Shown one piece after another: positions 44,435 to 54,908 of a DNA stretch of 64,000 bases. Every line of letters begins with the position of its first letter. Position 1 is the stretch's first letter. The position numbers and the translations under genes were made by a program. The notes under the pieces are model-generated. The model did no database searches and was not told where the DNA came from. It saw nothing but the letters and a program-made list of their open reading frames with translations. This stretch comes from a virus. Location of the stretch: positions 1-64,000 of IMG/VR virus record IMGVR_UViG_3300005347_000205; one strand, given 5' to 3'.

Positions 44435-47394
44435 CCAACAATCTCCGGATAAATGACGTTCACGATCTGGTCGAGCGGGTCATAAAGATTGACTACCTCG
44501 ATCCCGCCCGACTCAAGCACCCAGAGAGCAGCCCCGTCGTAGATCGACTGATCAAGATCCGGCTCATCGTCGGGCAACGTTTTCATCGACATCTGGATCT
44601 GGGTCACGCTGTCGGTGAGCCACTCGGTCGTCAGCAGATCGGATGCCATGCGCGTCACGGTCATCCAGGATATCCGCTTTACCTCGGACGGGGATATGTC
44701 GGACTGCCACGTCTGAGACAACTGGAGAACGGATTCCCCATCATCTCCCGTCATGCCCGTCACGGTGCGCAGAATCTGGGCACCTCCAAAAAGCGTGAGC
44801 GAAATCGAACGGTGGACGGGATCGTTCAGAAAATTGTCTGCAACATCGGTACCGCGGATTCGCAGGGTGTTGTTACCGGCAATGGCCGGGGCGGCCATCA
44901 AAAGATCCTCCTGGCCGCTCGGCAGATAAAATTCGCCCTGGCGGCCACGCATCCGCTCGAAGAAGCGGCGGACACCATCTGTCTCATCGCGCCCGATCCC
45001 GACGAATGTGGCTCGCCTCGTTTCCGATCCGAACGCTACAGGGCGATAGGTATTGACAACTCCATAGCCGTAGTCGACCTCCTCCACGGGCCAGTCGAAA
45101 TTGTTGTCTACCCCCCTTGCCCAATTGGGGTTAAACGGGAATACCTCCCGCCCATTGTGGACGAGCAACCCCGGATCACCCCCATCATATGGTTCAGAGC
45201 CGGGTTCAACCCTGAACCCGATCGTCACGGCAGCGACATTGTCGGTGAGGTTCTTGGCCGAGATGCTGTCATCCAGTCGCCCAGTGAGACCTGGTCGCAC
45301 TCGCGCACCCTTGGGCCAGGACTGCGTGCTGCCGCTGACGAGCGAAATCTGCGAACCATTGATCCCCTTGATCGTCGCCGCTTCCATTCGGTCGGCAGCG
45401 TCTATGACAATGGTGGCCCCGATCGTCATCCAAGCAGGAGGTGCGCTGTTCAACGTCAGGCTTTCCGCGCCCGGTGCTGTTGTTGAGGCTATGGTCACCG
45501 AACGGGTCGGATCGCCCAGGGTCATGTCGCGATTCTGCGCGGTCTTCAGCAGTCGCGTAAAGGAGCGAAATCGTTCACGATCGACCGTCACGGAGAATTC
45601 AAACCGCTTACGTCCGCTTCGCCGAAGCGCGCGGCGCTGCTCACGCCCGGATCTGGTGGTGATGATGTCGGTACGGAACTCCAGATCCACATCGACCGAC
45701 TTGCTCCAGTTTGGAGCGAAATCGAACAGGACTGCGCGCTTGCCAGTCACTGTGAGATATGATGGTAATAAACTGCTACCGAAGTTGAATTGAAAGCGGC
45801 CGTTGATATTATACGGTCCGTCCGAGCCAACATTCACGGTGAAGCCGAGTGTCCCGAGGGCACGGATATCCAGACCGTTGTTGAGCCCGGAGATCGTTAC
45901 TCCACTCTCGCCGAGCGATTGCGTCTCCGTCAGGACGACTGGGTTCGGCCACGCGTTCCATAGCGTCGCCGTTCGAGTGGCTGCGTTGGGAATCGCGCCG
46001 ATGTCCAGCATGTTGGGAAGGAGGTGGATTCTGTAATACCAGTCGCTCCTGAAGCTCCGCTGACGACCACCCGGAACGAGGATCTCTGGTGCCAGAGCAG
46101 GTGATGAGCCGGTAATAGTGCCACCCCGCATCACGACGGTAGGTAACACGGCACGTGGGATCGAAGGCCGCTGGCGGACAAAACCCGATGTCGACCAGCT
46201 TTGGTCATCGTCCCAGCTTTCGCTATCGTTCCATAATTCTGTCGTCTCCTGGTCACCCTGACAATTCAAAGTGAGTCCGATAAGCCCGACGGCCGCCAGG
46301 GGGGCCGGTCGCTGACCGAAGCGATCGCCTGTGATCGCTGCCAAATAATCCTGCTGCTCAGATCCATCGAAGCTGGCCGCGAGATTGGTTACTGCAAAGG
46401 CCCCAAGATCCTCGGCGCCCTCGCTACCGCTGAAGCTCGCGACAGCTGCCGGTATAGCAGCCGCACTCAGATCATCACTGTCCTCGACGGCCGCCATCAA
46501 GGCCGGGCGATAATGAACGGCGGTAGCAGATGCCACCAAGCCATCGCTACCCTCGGCTGCCGTGAAACCTGCCGCCGCGACTGGGCCTATGACTGTGGTG
46601 AGAGTTTCGCGCCCTTCATTGGCATGGAGGACGGGTTCGGCAACATCGACGGTCGTGACGACGATGACGATTTGTCCATGGGAGCCAAAGCCAGACCCTG
46701 CCGAACCGGTGTTTTCACCGAAGCCGCCACCTCCCGCGCCCCAGCCGCGGTTGGTAACCGACAGGTCACCGCCGCCATGGCCACCGGTGAAACCAAGTTT
46801 GGCCCCGCCGCCGCCCGAGCCCGGACCGCCCGTGCGCCCATCGGACGAGCGCACGAACATCGCCATAAGGGCGCCAGAACCGCCATCGCCGGAGTTACTG
46901 CCGATGCCGCCCGCTGGTCCACCTGGGAGCGATCCACCGTTCGTACCGCTACTACTGGTGGGGGAGGTTGAGGAGCCGCCAGGGCCCGTCAGCGTCGCGG
47001 CAGCACCGCCACCCGATCCTCCGCCGCCGGGCCCGACGCTTCCCGAATTACCGCCGCTATTGGCTCCGCTCAGGCCGGTAGCGGTACCACCTTGCCCTCC
47101 GACAAGCGCCTCCGGCCCCCACTGCCCAGAATTGGCTCGGAGAATATCACCCGTGTTAGTGGCGTTGCGCAGAAAAGTCTGCCCGCCTTCGCTGACGAAA
47201 CTCGCGACACCGCAATTATAGACAGTACCCGCCGAGGTCGTAACGCCAAGCGCCCATCCGAGACCGCCGCCTCCGCCGCCGCGTTTCCCGCCGAATCCGC
47301 CCGCACCCCAACCATAGGCGTCGAACGACACCGCGCCCGTGGGCATGGTGATCAAGGTCGTCCCAGGCGGATAGTAGAATGTGAGCTTGGCCAC
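44431..47394 (-). CDS. Minor tail protein with Gly-rich and repeat N-terminal extension
   Basis: Gly-rich first ~250 aa, five acidic repeats, then WYYRIH...PNW...G.EQRRALR tail domain. Confidence 0.8.
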   Translation of the reverse strand: MAKLTFYYPPGTTLITMPTGAVSFDAYGWGAGGFGGKRGGGGGGLGWALGVTTSAGTVYNCGVASFVSEGGQTFLRNATNTGDILRANSGQWGPEALVGGQGGTATGLSGANSGGNSGSVGPGGGGSGGGAAATLTGPGGSSTSPTSSSGTNGGSLPGGPAGGIGSNSGDGGSGALMAMFVRSSDGRTGGPGSGGGGAKLGFTGGHGGGDLSVTNRGWGAGGGGFGENTGSAGSGFGSHGQIVIVVTTVDVAEPVLHANEGRETLTTVIGPVAAAGFTAAEGSDGLVASATAVHYRPALMAAVEDSDDLSAAAIPAAVASFSGSEGAEDLGAFAVTNLAASFDGSEQQDYLAAITGDRFGQRPAPLAAVGLIGLTLNCQGDQETTELWNDSESWDDDQSWSTSGFVRQRPSIPRAVLPTVVMRGGTITGSSPALAPEILVPGGRQRSFRSDWYYRIHLLPNMLDIGAIPNAATRTATLWNAWPNPVVLTETQSLGESGVTISGLNNGLDIRALGTLGFTVNVGSDGPYNINGRFQFNFGSSLLPSYLTVTGKRAVLFDFAPNWSKSVDVDLEFRTDIITTRSGREQRRALRRSGRKRFEFSVTVDRERFRSFTRLLKTAQNRDMTLGDPTRSVTIASTTAPGAESLTLNSAPPAWMTIGATIVIDAADRMEAATIKGINGSQISLVSGSTQSWPKGARVRPGLTGRLDDSISAKNLTDNVAAVTIGFRVEPGSEPYDGGDPGLLVHNGREVFPFNPNWARGVDNNFDWPVEEVDYGYGVVNTYRPVAFGSETRRATFVGIGRDETDGVRRFFERMRGRQGEFYLPSGQEDLLMAAPAIAGNNTLRIRGTDVADNFLNDPVHRSISLTLFGGAQILRTVTGMTGDDGESVLQLSQTWQSDISPSEVKRISWMTVTRMASDLLTTEWLTDSVTQIQMSMKTLPDDEPDLDQSIYDGAALWVLESGGIEVVNLYDPLDQIVNVIYPEIVG

Positions 47395-47409
47395 CGCGTG
47401 GCTCCAGTT

Positions 47410-47967
47410 TTAGTTGGCGGCGGTGAAATCGAAGGCGGAGACCGTCACCTGCTGGGTGGTGGCGATATTGGTGTTGGTCATAGTCATGCTCTCCGGGCCG
47501 GCGTAGGCCCACACGACCGTGCCATCGGTGATACCGGTGCCGGTACCGCTCGGGCCGCCCGACGATGCCGACGTGCCTGGTGTCGTGCAGCGAAACACGA
47601 GGCCGTTGATGTGACATTGCTGACCAGAGGCCCAAGCCGTGTTCGGCACCCATGGCTGCGATACTAGCCCCTGAAAGTGGCAAGTTGTCCCTGAACTGTC
47701 CATCAACTCCCACTGGGTCGCATAACCGCTGGCGTCGGCGGAAGGATCTTCCCAGGTGCCCGTTTTTACCTTGGTCCGCGAGCTCGCATTGCCCAGCCAG
47801 TCGGAAGGGAGGTTTATCGTGGCGAGAATCGTGCCGCTGCGCGCTGCAGCGCAGTTGGCCGGCATCGTACCGTTACGAAGACGCAGGATCGGCGATGTGC
47901 CGACCGTGGTTTCATACGCATTGAGCTTCGCATTGGCGACCGCATCAGAGGTCTGGAACGTACCCAT
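47410..47967 (-). CDS. Virion structural protein with a carbohydrate-binding-like insert
   Basis: W.PNTAW..GQ.....G.VFRC...GTS...P...DGTVVWAY. Confidence 0.65.
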   Translation of the reverse strand: MGTFQTSDAVANAKLNAYETTVGTSPILRLRNGTMPANCAAARSGTILATINLPSDWLGNASSRTKVKTGTWEDPSADASGYATQWELMDSSGTTCHFQGLVSQPWVPNTAWASGQQCHINGLVFRCTTPGTSASSGGPSGTGTGITDGTVVWAYAGPESMTMTNTNIATTQQVTVSAFDFTAAN

Positions 47968-47979
47968 CGAGTTCTCCTA

Positions 47980-48939
47980 TTAGCCGAGGTAGGCGTAGCC
48001 GATGACATGGCTGGTTTCCTCAGCCGCCCAGCCGCCCAGGCTTTTGCCAACAGTGGTTGCCTCCTTCTTCGAGAAGGCTGGAAACAGATACCAAGTGTCG
48101 CTTCCGATGGTGAGCTGCGCGCCAGGATCGATCCCACTCAGATTGACCATGCGGACTCCGGCCGGGTTTCCAAGCGGAGCAAAGTTCGCCGTCGCTCCGC
48201 CAGCGGTAGGGGCGTAAAGCTGGATCGGCACGAGCATGTTGATACCAGCGAACGTGCCGATGCCGCGGGCCACATAAGCGTCGTTAATCTCGTCCGAGAA
48301 TCCCCCAAAGGCTTCACTACCGGTCATGGTGTCGACCGGGTTGCCGGTTATCGGGCAAGCAAAGGTGCGCCATTTCACACCATTATTGGCGTGATCAACG
48401 AGGACGCCGCCGGCCTCGGATGGCGTGCGGAGGGCCTGGAAGCCGGAGAACAGATATTGGTGTGCAGGATCTCGGTAGTTGCGAGGATAATCGGCACCAT
48501 CAGCAGACGCAGCAAAGTCGCAACCTGATATCACCTGACCGCCGATATAGCCGCCAATCTTATCCATCCCGCCCAGGTATAGGTGACGGTAGCTGTTGAA
48601 GCCGTACTCGACGATGATAGCCAGATAGGGGGCCGGGCTGAGACCGGCGATAAAATGAACCTTGGTCGGTGCAGAGACCGTGGGCGTAGCCGTCGTTCCA
48701 TTGAGCTTCGGACTGCGCGTGCGTGCCGCCGACGTGATCGACGGCGCAGACTGGGCATCCCAGCGGAGTTCCTGGTCGAAACCGTCAGTCGTGGCACTGA
48801 GTAAGAAATGGATTCCGTCGATCGCGAGCGTCGGTGCGGCCGAACTTCCGCCCACAGTCAGCCCGGCGGTCGGCGCGAAGCTATACATGAGGGCAGGAAT
48901 TTGGGCGAGCGCGCTGATACCGTTCTGCTGATATGCCAT
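47980..48939 (-). CDS. Virion structural protein
   Basis: Tail module position; YRHLYLG, WYLFP. Confidence 0.75.
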   Translation of the reverse strand: MAYQQNGISALAQIPALMYSFAPTAGLTVGGSSAAPTLAIDGIHFLLSATTDGFDQELRWDAQSAPSITSAARTRSPKLNGTTATPTVSAPTKVHFIAGLSPAPYLAIIVEYGFNSYRHLYLGGMDKIGGYIGGQVISGCDFAASADGADYPRNYRDPAHQYLFSGFQALRTPSEAGGVLVDHANNGVKWRTFACPITGNPVDTMTGSEAFGGFSDEINDAYVARGIGTFAGINMLVPIQLYAPTAGGATANFAPLGNPAGVRMVNLSGIDPGAQLTIGSDTWYLFPAFSKKEATTVGKSLGGWAAEETSHVIGYAYLG

Positions 48940-48985
48940 CAGCCGTGAATATCACTATTTTGTTGCAAACGGAAGCGGCGAGCGG

Positions 48986-49930
48986 TCAGTCAAGCCCGAC
49001 TGCGATATATTCGCCGGCGGCGGTTCTAAACACGTTCTGGACGACCATGTGCGTAACACCGTCGGCAGCAACCATATTTTCGGATGCGAGCCCGATACCG
49101 GCCACCCGATAGACCCCGTCAAGCACACCAAAGGTCTCGTCGGCCGGAATCTTCTGTACGAGGCTGACATCGGTGAGCGGATAGGTACCGTCGAATGTCG
49201 CGGTGGTGCGCTTACGGATCGCGTCGTATCTGGTCGGATCGACGCCCAAGCCGTCGAACATCTGCTCAGGTGCCATGCCGATCTTAGGGTCACCTGGATC
49301 ATCGCCATGGTTCCAGCAGCGCAACCACTGGCCCGAAGGATCAAGCATCCATGCACTACTGTCCCGCGCGGGCGAGGACTTGAAGTTTGGGCTGGTGAAG
49401 AGAGTATGATCGTCTGCTACCGATCGCCAACTAAGCGGCGGTGCCGGATTGTCACCGCGCGTACCTCCCACGAACATCGGGTAAGGATAGCTCAGTGGAG
49501 TGGAATAAGGGAGGAAAAGCCCGCCATAAGCGACTTGGTAGACCGTCGAGATACGTAAAACGACGATGAAACGTCGGCCATTGGCGATGAACCAATAGGT
49601 GAATGGGTTGGCGTCGAGGTACAACCCGACCTTCTTCGAGACATTGATATGTCCCCCAACGTCCGTGGCGCCGGTCAATACCCCGGACATGCCGCGCAGT
49701 TCGAGCCAGTAGCTGTCGAGCGCGACATCTGCATTCAGGCGCAGACCGATAAAGACTTCGTCACTCTCTGATAGCCCCGGCCCTTTGAGAACGCGCTGGT
49801 TGCCGTTCGACCACGCGACAGTCCAATCTTCATTGGCGGCGACGAGATCGACATTGGTCGTGAGGAAGTTGAGCAGCTTCGACCAGAGGTCGGTGTGACT
49901 GCTGGCGGTACCGGTTGCATAGGCTGTCAT
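48986..49930 (-). CDS. Virion structural protein (first after the tape measure)
   Basis: MTAYATGTA, YWF.ANGRR, YPYPMFVGG. Confidence 0.75.
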   Translation of the reverse strand: MTAYATGTASSHTDLWSKLLNFLTTNVDLVAANEDWTVAWSNGNQRVLKGPGLSESDEVFIGLRLNADVALDSYWLELRGMSGVLTGATDVGGHINVSKKVGLYLDANPFTYWFIANGRRFIVVLRISTVYQVAYGGLFLPYSTPLSYPYPMFVGGTRGDNPAPPLSWRSVADDHTLFTSPNFKSSPARDSSAWMLDPSGQWLRCWNHGDDPGDPKIGMAPEQMFDGLGVDPTRYDAIRKRTTATFDGTYPLTDVSLVQKIPADETFGVLDGVYRVAGIGLASENMVAADGVTHMVVQNVFRTAAGEYIAVGLD

Positions 49931-50026
49931 GGTCGCGATTTAACACGACTTCGGTGCACATACAATTTTATGTTGATCTTGTGTAAGTCGAGTCGTTCAT
50001 GCCTGAATATCACGCGCCGGTGGTTC

Positions 50027-53000
50027 TCATCCCAATGCCGCCTTCACAGCGCGCGAATTCGAGCGCATGAAGTTCAGGATCGCCTTCTCCCCGACCTTGG
50101 AGCCGAGACCCTGCGACACGAAGTCGCCTGCGTCGATCGTGTTGACGATCTTAATGTTCGGCGCGGCTCCGCTACCGCCATTATTGCGATGGCGTGGATC
50201 GTCCGCTGTCAGCACTTCCTCCCCCTTCTGCAGGATGGCTGGCACCTCGTCGGGGCGGAGGCCGGCCATACCGCCGGTGTGGTAGCGCGTCGCCGATGCG
50301 AATATCCCAGGTGACACGATGCTGTGTCGCGCCAGGCCCCCGCCGCCGATGACGCCACCGCTGTGCACCATCACCGGGGCGACACCGAGGCCACCGCCAC
50401 CGGCCGCCGCTGTTGCACCACCGGTGAAGCCCGACAGGAAGCCGGCCACTGCATTGAAGATGAGCTGCTGGATGATCATGCGCGCAATCTGGCGCAGGAA
50501 CTCAGCGGCGGTTTCGAGAATGGCTGCCCTCAGCGATTTGAAAACGTTCGCGCCACCGGCGACCGCCTGGGCAAAACGATCAATGGCGTTGACCGCGGCG
50601 CCAGAGAAAGTCTCGGCCAGCTGCTGCCCAGTCAGGCGCGCCGATCCGAGCCGCAACTGGAATTCGATGACCTTCTGCTTGGCGGCCTCAAATCCTTGGA
50701 TGATCGCCTGGATTTGTAGCTGGAACTCATCACCGAACAGAGACCTCGCATCCTGCTCGGAGAGGCTCTGGAGAAACTTTTCGGCATTGGAAGTGGCTTC
50801 CAAGAGCTGCTTGTTGATCGTATCGAGCAACGGCTGCAATTGCGCGGCGGTACCACTCTGTCCGGTTTCAAGCAGGCCGGTGATACGCTCCTGCAAGGCA
50901 TCGCGGTTGTTCTTAAGAATGTCGACCCGATCGTTGATGGCACCCCAGCGCTCACGAACGACATCCTGGGCATGCGCTTGATCGAAGAGAGCCGCCGTGG
51001 TCTCCTTGATCTGCTTCACCTGCTCATCGGTAACGTTGACGCCGGCGTCCCTCGCCTTCAGTTCGGCGCGCTGGACCGCTTCGGCTATGGCCTGCTCGCG
51101 CTGCTTTGCGATCAACGCCTCTCCACTCAGGCCGATTTGCTCACGAAGCAGTTGGGCGCTCAGCCGGCGCTTATCATTCTCGGCGTCCAGATCTTCGTTG
51201 AATTCCTTCTGGCGCTTCGCGGTCGCCTCGGATTCCTTGAACTTGCTTTGGGCAATATCACCCTGCGACGGGGCACGACGAACGCCAACCACGTCGTTAC
51301 GACTGAACGACTGGGTGTTCACCCCGTCCTTCTGGTTGCCACCGAGCACCTTTACGCGACCCTGCGCATCGAAGCCCTGGAAGAAGCCGACATGCCCATC
51401 GGACGGATTGCCGCCGCGGTTGAGGATGACGATGTCCCCGACCTTGGGCTCCCCCTTCACTTCCTGACCGAAGCCAAGGAAGGACTTGGCGCTGAGCGAG
51501 CCGGTGCCAGCGATACCGTTGGTGGCGAGCACGGCGTTCACAAAGGCCGCGCACCAGGCGGTCATCTTCGGATCGACATTGATCCCGTTCGACTTGAAGA
51601 AATCCTGCAATGATCCGCGGTTGGCGGTCTCGTTCATGCCGCTGAACCGCCTCGCAGTGGCGACCAGGGCATCGTTGCTGCTGTTTCCGAGATCCTGCGA
51701 CCATTCGCGGACCTGTTTGTCCCTGGCGCTCTGCTGCTGTTTCCGCGCTGCTGTGATCTCTTTCTCGACCGCAAGTTCGCGCTTCTTGTTGGCGATCAAC
51801 TCGGAGCCGGAAGACAGGATTTCATCGTTGTACGCGAGCTGTCCAGCCAGGAAGGCTCGGCGCTTCTCCTCGCTAGCGCTCAGTCCCTTATCCGACTTGT
51901 CGCGCAGCTTCTGGAGCTCATTTTCAAGATCGAGCTCAGCCGCCTTCTGTCGGTTAACTTTCTGCTGGGCTGCCGATTCCTGGATGCCGGTGCGCGCTGA
52001 CTCGGCGTCGGCCTTGGCGGCTTTTTCCGCCATTGCGGCGGCTTCTTTGCGGAGTTCGCCGAGCTTGGTCTGAAGACGCTCTATATTGAACGGGTTGGCG
52101 AGACCAAGCTGGGCGCCCTGACCCGATTGCGCGAGCGCCAGTTCCTTCTGCGTGTTCGCGATATCGGTGGCAATGTCCTTCAATGTCCGGTTGCCGGACA
52201 GTCGATTTAGGACACTGGTTATCGACCTCGCCAGATTGTCGAAGCTCGTTATTATCCCGTTGATCGCCGCAGTATCGGCGATCGCCTTGATCATCCCATC
52301 CCAGGCATTGCCGAGCGCCTTGGCTGCATCGGCCCATGGTCCCCGCTCCGCAGCTGCGATCTCCGCCATCTTGGCGGCATAGCGCTCAAAAGCTTCGTTG
52401 CGCGCGCGAGCTGCTTGACCGCTTTCGAACATGGCACGAATTTGCTCGCGCTCGGCGGTCGACAGGAAATTCAGGGTGTCGTCGAGCTTCGCGATAGCAT
52501 CGAAGCCACCAGTGAACGCGTCCGCCATTTCCTTGGCGGCAGCCGGCAACTCCTTGCCCGTGGCAATCGCTGCATCCTGCGCGGCACGTCCGAATGCCTC
52601 GAACCGCGATGGATCGAGCCCATCCCTGTAGAAGAGCTTGACGACAGCAGTGGCGTCTTTGGTTGACGCGCCATAGCGGTCGATCGCCTCAGCTGCCTTG
52701 TTGAGATCCTCAGCGGTCGTCGCGATTCCCGATCCGGTCCCGGCGATCAGGCCATTGAAACCCTTAATCCGGGCCGCCTGATCACTAGCCTCTTTAAGAG
52801 ACAGCGCTATGACCCCGACGGTCGCCGCGAACGTCAAAATGGCCGGGTTACTGAAGGCGGCGACTATCGCGCTGCCGACACGCGGGAATATCTGGAGGAG
52901 CTGACCGCCCTGCTGGGCCAGCGTCTGGCTGAGCGACGTGCCAGAGGCGAGCTGGGTGAAAATGTCGTTGATCTGGAACGACAGGTTCTGCAGCTCATAG

Positions 53001-54154
53001 GGTTTGAGGCCAAACAGCGTCGGCTTGCCACCGAGGCCATTGCGCCCGATCCCCTTGGCTGCATCGTCGGCGCGCTGTTTTACCAGCGCCAGTCCATCCG
53101 CATATTCCTTGCTGCTGATGCGACCGGCCTTGAACAGGACCGATAGCTGATGTGTCTCCTCGGCTAAGCGCTCCTGAATCGAAGCGAGCGGGTTCAGTTT
53201 GTCGCGCAGCGATGCAGCGGCGTTGTCGAGCGCCTTGGCATCAGCCGCCGCAGCCTTCATCTGGGCGTCGAATTTCCGGAGCGCCTCGGCATCGGCTTCC
53301 TGGAAGACTGCCGCCGAATCCCGTGCAGACTTGCCGGACAGGCTACCGGCACCGAGATTGGCCGCGCGTGCCTGGGCGGCCTGCGTTTCTCCCAGTTCCC
53401 GCGTGGCGCGCTCCTGTTCGCGCAGTTTCAGGATTTCGCGATCGCGAGCTTCGGCGAGTCTCAGCACCCCGGCGATCTGGTTTCGATCGCTGTCGGTCAG
53501 TGTGCTCTGTGCGCGATCAACGCCGGTCGCCCGGTTGATGCGCGCCTGAATAGCAGTCGTCTTATCAAGTTCGCCATTCTGGCGTTTCAGTTCGGCAGTA
53601 ACTTGGGCTACCGCGCTGCCGACCTCGGCAAAACCCTCGCGATAAACACGCTGTGCGGCGCGAAGTTCGCCCAGTTGCTGGCGCTCCTTCTCGAAGCGAG
53701 CGACCAGGCCGCCATCGCCGCTGCGACCATTAAGCTGGGTTGCGGCGCGGCCGAGCTCGCGCTTGATCGCTGATATCTGCGCGGCGACCGCCTTGGGATC
53801 GCCGAATTGGCTCGGTCCAACGAAATCCTTGCCGCTCTCCGCCTGCAGCAATTTGAGCGCGCGCCCCAGCTCCTCGATACGGGCCTTGCGCTCGCTGATC
53901 GCGCGGTTGGTCGCCAACAGCCGTTCGGCCTGGGCGCCGGCCGCAGCAGTGGTCGCGTCGAGTGATTTACCGATATTGCGTTCGCTGCGTTCGAGCGCAG
54001 CCAGTTCGCGGGCTAGGGACTTGGCGCTATCAGCGGCGCCCGACTGAGCGGCGTCGAGGGTGCTGAGAGACTTGGCAGCAGCGTTGACGCCAGCGGAGGC
54101 TTCGTTCTTGGCTCGGATGACGAGATTGACATCGCGGTTGCCGCTGCTGCTCAT
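50027..54154 (-). CDS. Tape measure protein with an internal TIGR02594-like peptidoglycan hydrolase
   Basis: QINDIFTQLASG..QQGGQ; AWCAAFV...GHVGFF..LGGNQ; HTGG..DEVPAILQKGEEVL. Confidence 0.93.
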   Translation of the reverse strand: MSSSGNRDVNLVIRAKNEASAGVNAAAKSLSTLDAAQSGAADSAKSLARELAALERSERNIGKSLDATTAAAGAQAERLLATNRAISERKARIEELGRALKLLQAESGKDFVGPSQFGDPKAVAAQISAIKRELGRAATQLNGRSGDGGLVARFEKERQQLGELRAAQRVYREGFAEVGSAVAQVTAELKRQNGELDKTTAIQARINRATGVDRAQSTLTDSDRNQIAGVLRLAEARDREILKLREQERATRELGETQAAQARAANLGAGSLSGKSARDSAAVFQEADAEALRKFDAQMKAAAADAKALDNAAASLRDKLNPLASIQERLAEETHQLSVLFKAGRISSKEYADGLALVKQRADDAAKGIGRNGLGGKPTLFGLKPYELQNLSFQINDIFTQLASGTSLSQTLAQQGGQLLQIFPRVGSAIVAAFSNPAILTFAATVGVIALSLKEASDQAARIKGFNGLIAGTGSGIATTAEDLNKAAEAIDRYGASTKDATAVVKLFYRDGLDPSRFEAFGRAAQDAAIATGKELPAAAKEMADAFTGGFDAIAKLDDTLNFLSTAEREQIRAMFESGQAARARNEAFERYAAKMAEIAAAERGPWADAAKALGNAWDGMIKAIADTAAINGIITSFDNLARSITSVLNRLSGNRTLKDIATDIANTQKELALAQSGQGAQLGLANPFNIERLQTKLGELRKEAAAMAEKAAKADAESARTGIQESAAQQKVNRQKAAELDLENELQKLRDKSDKGLSASEEKRRAFLAGQLAYNDEILSSGSELIANKKRELAVEKEITAARKQQQSARDKQVREWSQDLGNSSNDALVATARRFSGMNETANRGSLQDFFKSNGINVDPKMTAWCAAFVNAVLATNGIAGTGSLSAKSFLGFGQEVKGEPKVGDIVILNRGGNPSDGHVGFFQGFDAQGRVKVLGGNQKDGVNTQSFSRNDVVGVRRAPSQGDIAQSKFKESEATAKRQKEFNEDLDAENDKRRLSAQLLREQIGLSGEALIAKQREQAIAEAVQRAELKARDAGVNVTDEQVKQIKETTAALFDQAHAQDVVRERWGAINDRVDILKNNRDALQERITGLLETGQSGTAAQLQPLLDTINKQLLEATSNAEKFLQSLSEQDARSLFGDEFQLQIQAIIQGFEAAKQKVIEFQLRLGSARLTGQQLAETFSGAAVNAIDRFAQAVAGGANVFKSLRAAILETAAEFLRQIARMIIQQLIFNAVAGFLSGFTGGATAAAGGGGLGVAPVMVHSGGVIGGGGLARHSIVSPGIFASATRYHTGGMAGLRPDEVPAILQKGEEVLTADDPRHRNNGGSGAAPNIKIVNTIDAGDFVSQGLGSKVGEKAILNFMRSNSRAVKAALG

Positions 54155-54155
54155 T

Positions 54156-54892
54156 CTACCATATCTCCGAGAGCCGCTTGATCAGCTTGTTGAAAAAAGG
54201 TCCCCCTTTGGTGGTGGTTATCGCTGCACCGGCTGAGTGGATCACCGTGCCAACGCTAGCGAGCATCCCGTTCTGCCGTTCGATCACAAGGGCCGCTTCG
54301 TCGCCCAGAAACCCGAGCGGGTAACCGCCAGCGTCCGGATGGCCATTGCCGAGGAGAAGTCCCACTTGGCGCCGTAACCCCCACAGCCAGCGTTCGAGCG
54401 TCAGGGTACCTCCCGGCTCGGCGCCGCGCTGATCCCGCCGGCCTGAAGCGTCTTCTGGATCAGCGCGAGCATTTTTCCCGGCGGCATGTCCGAGGTGAAA
54501 GTCTGCAGCGCGATCTTCTCCAGGGCATCCATCTGAGCCCCGACGGGGAGACCGCGCGCGATCACCACGTCCCCGACCCAGGTGAGCAGAATCGGATCAT
54601 CCGAATCTTCGAGACCGCTCGGTGCGATCGAGCCACTGGCTAAGGCGATTGCCTCAGCAACAAGTTGTGGCGCTGCATCGATCGCCTGCACGAGGAAGGT
54701 CGCCACATCGGCCTCTGATAGCTGGGCGCCACCGCGTATCTTCTCCGCGATCGCGTTGAACTGAGCAACCATGGCGAGGCCGTGACGCTGAAACAGCGTC
54801 AGCAAGTGGTCGAAGCCCAGACCACGAACGGCGAAATTGCCGCCCGCGGTCTGGACCTCGTAAGTCGGGAAGGTGAGGTTGCGCAGTCCCAT
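54156..54892 (-). CDS. Tail assembly chaperone G/GT pair joined by a -1 frameshift (short form 54401-54892)
   Basis: Slippery G GGA AAA at 54479-54473; the -1 frame stays open into the 54156-54365 ORF. Confidence 0.85.
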
Positions 54893-54908
54893 CGCAATCT
54901 ACTCCGGA

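Noticed and set aside
548-47394. Diversity-generating retroelement or invertible fibre switch
   Set aside because: No reverse transcriptase, invertase, template/variable repeat pair or flanking long inverted repeats were seen
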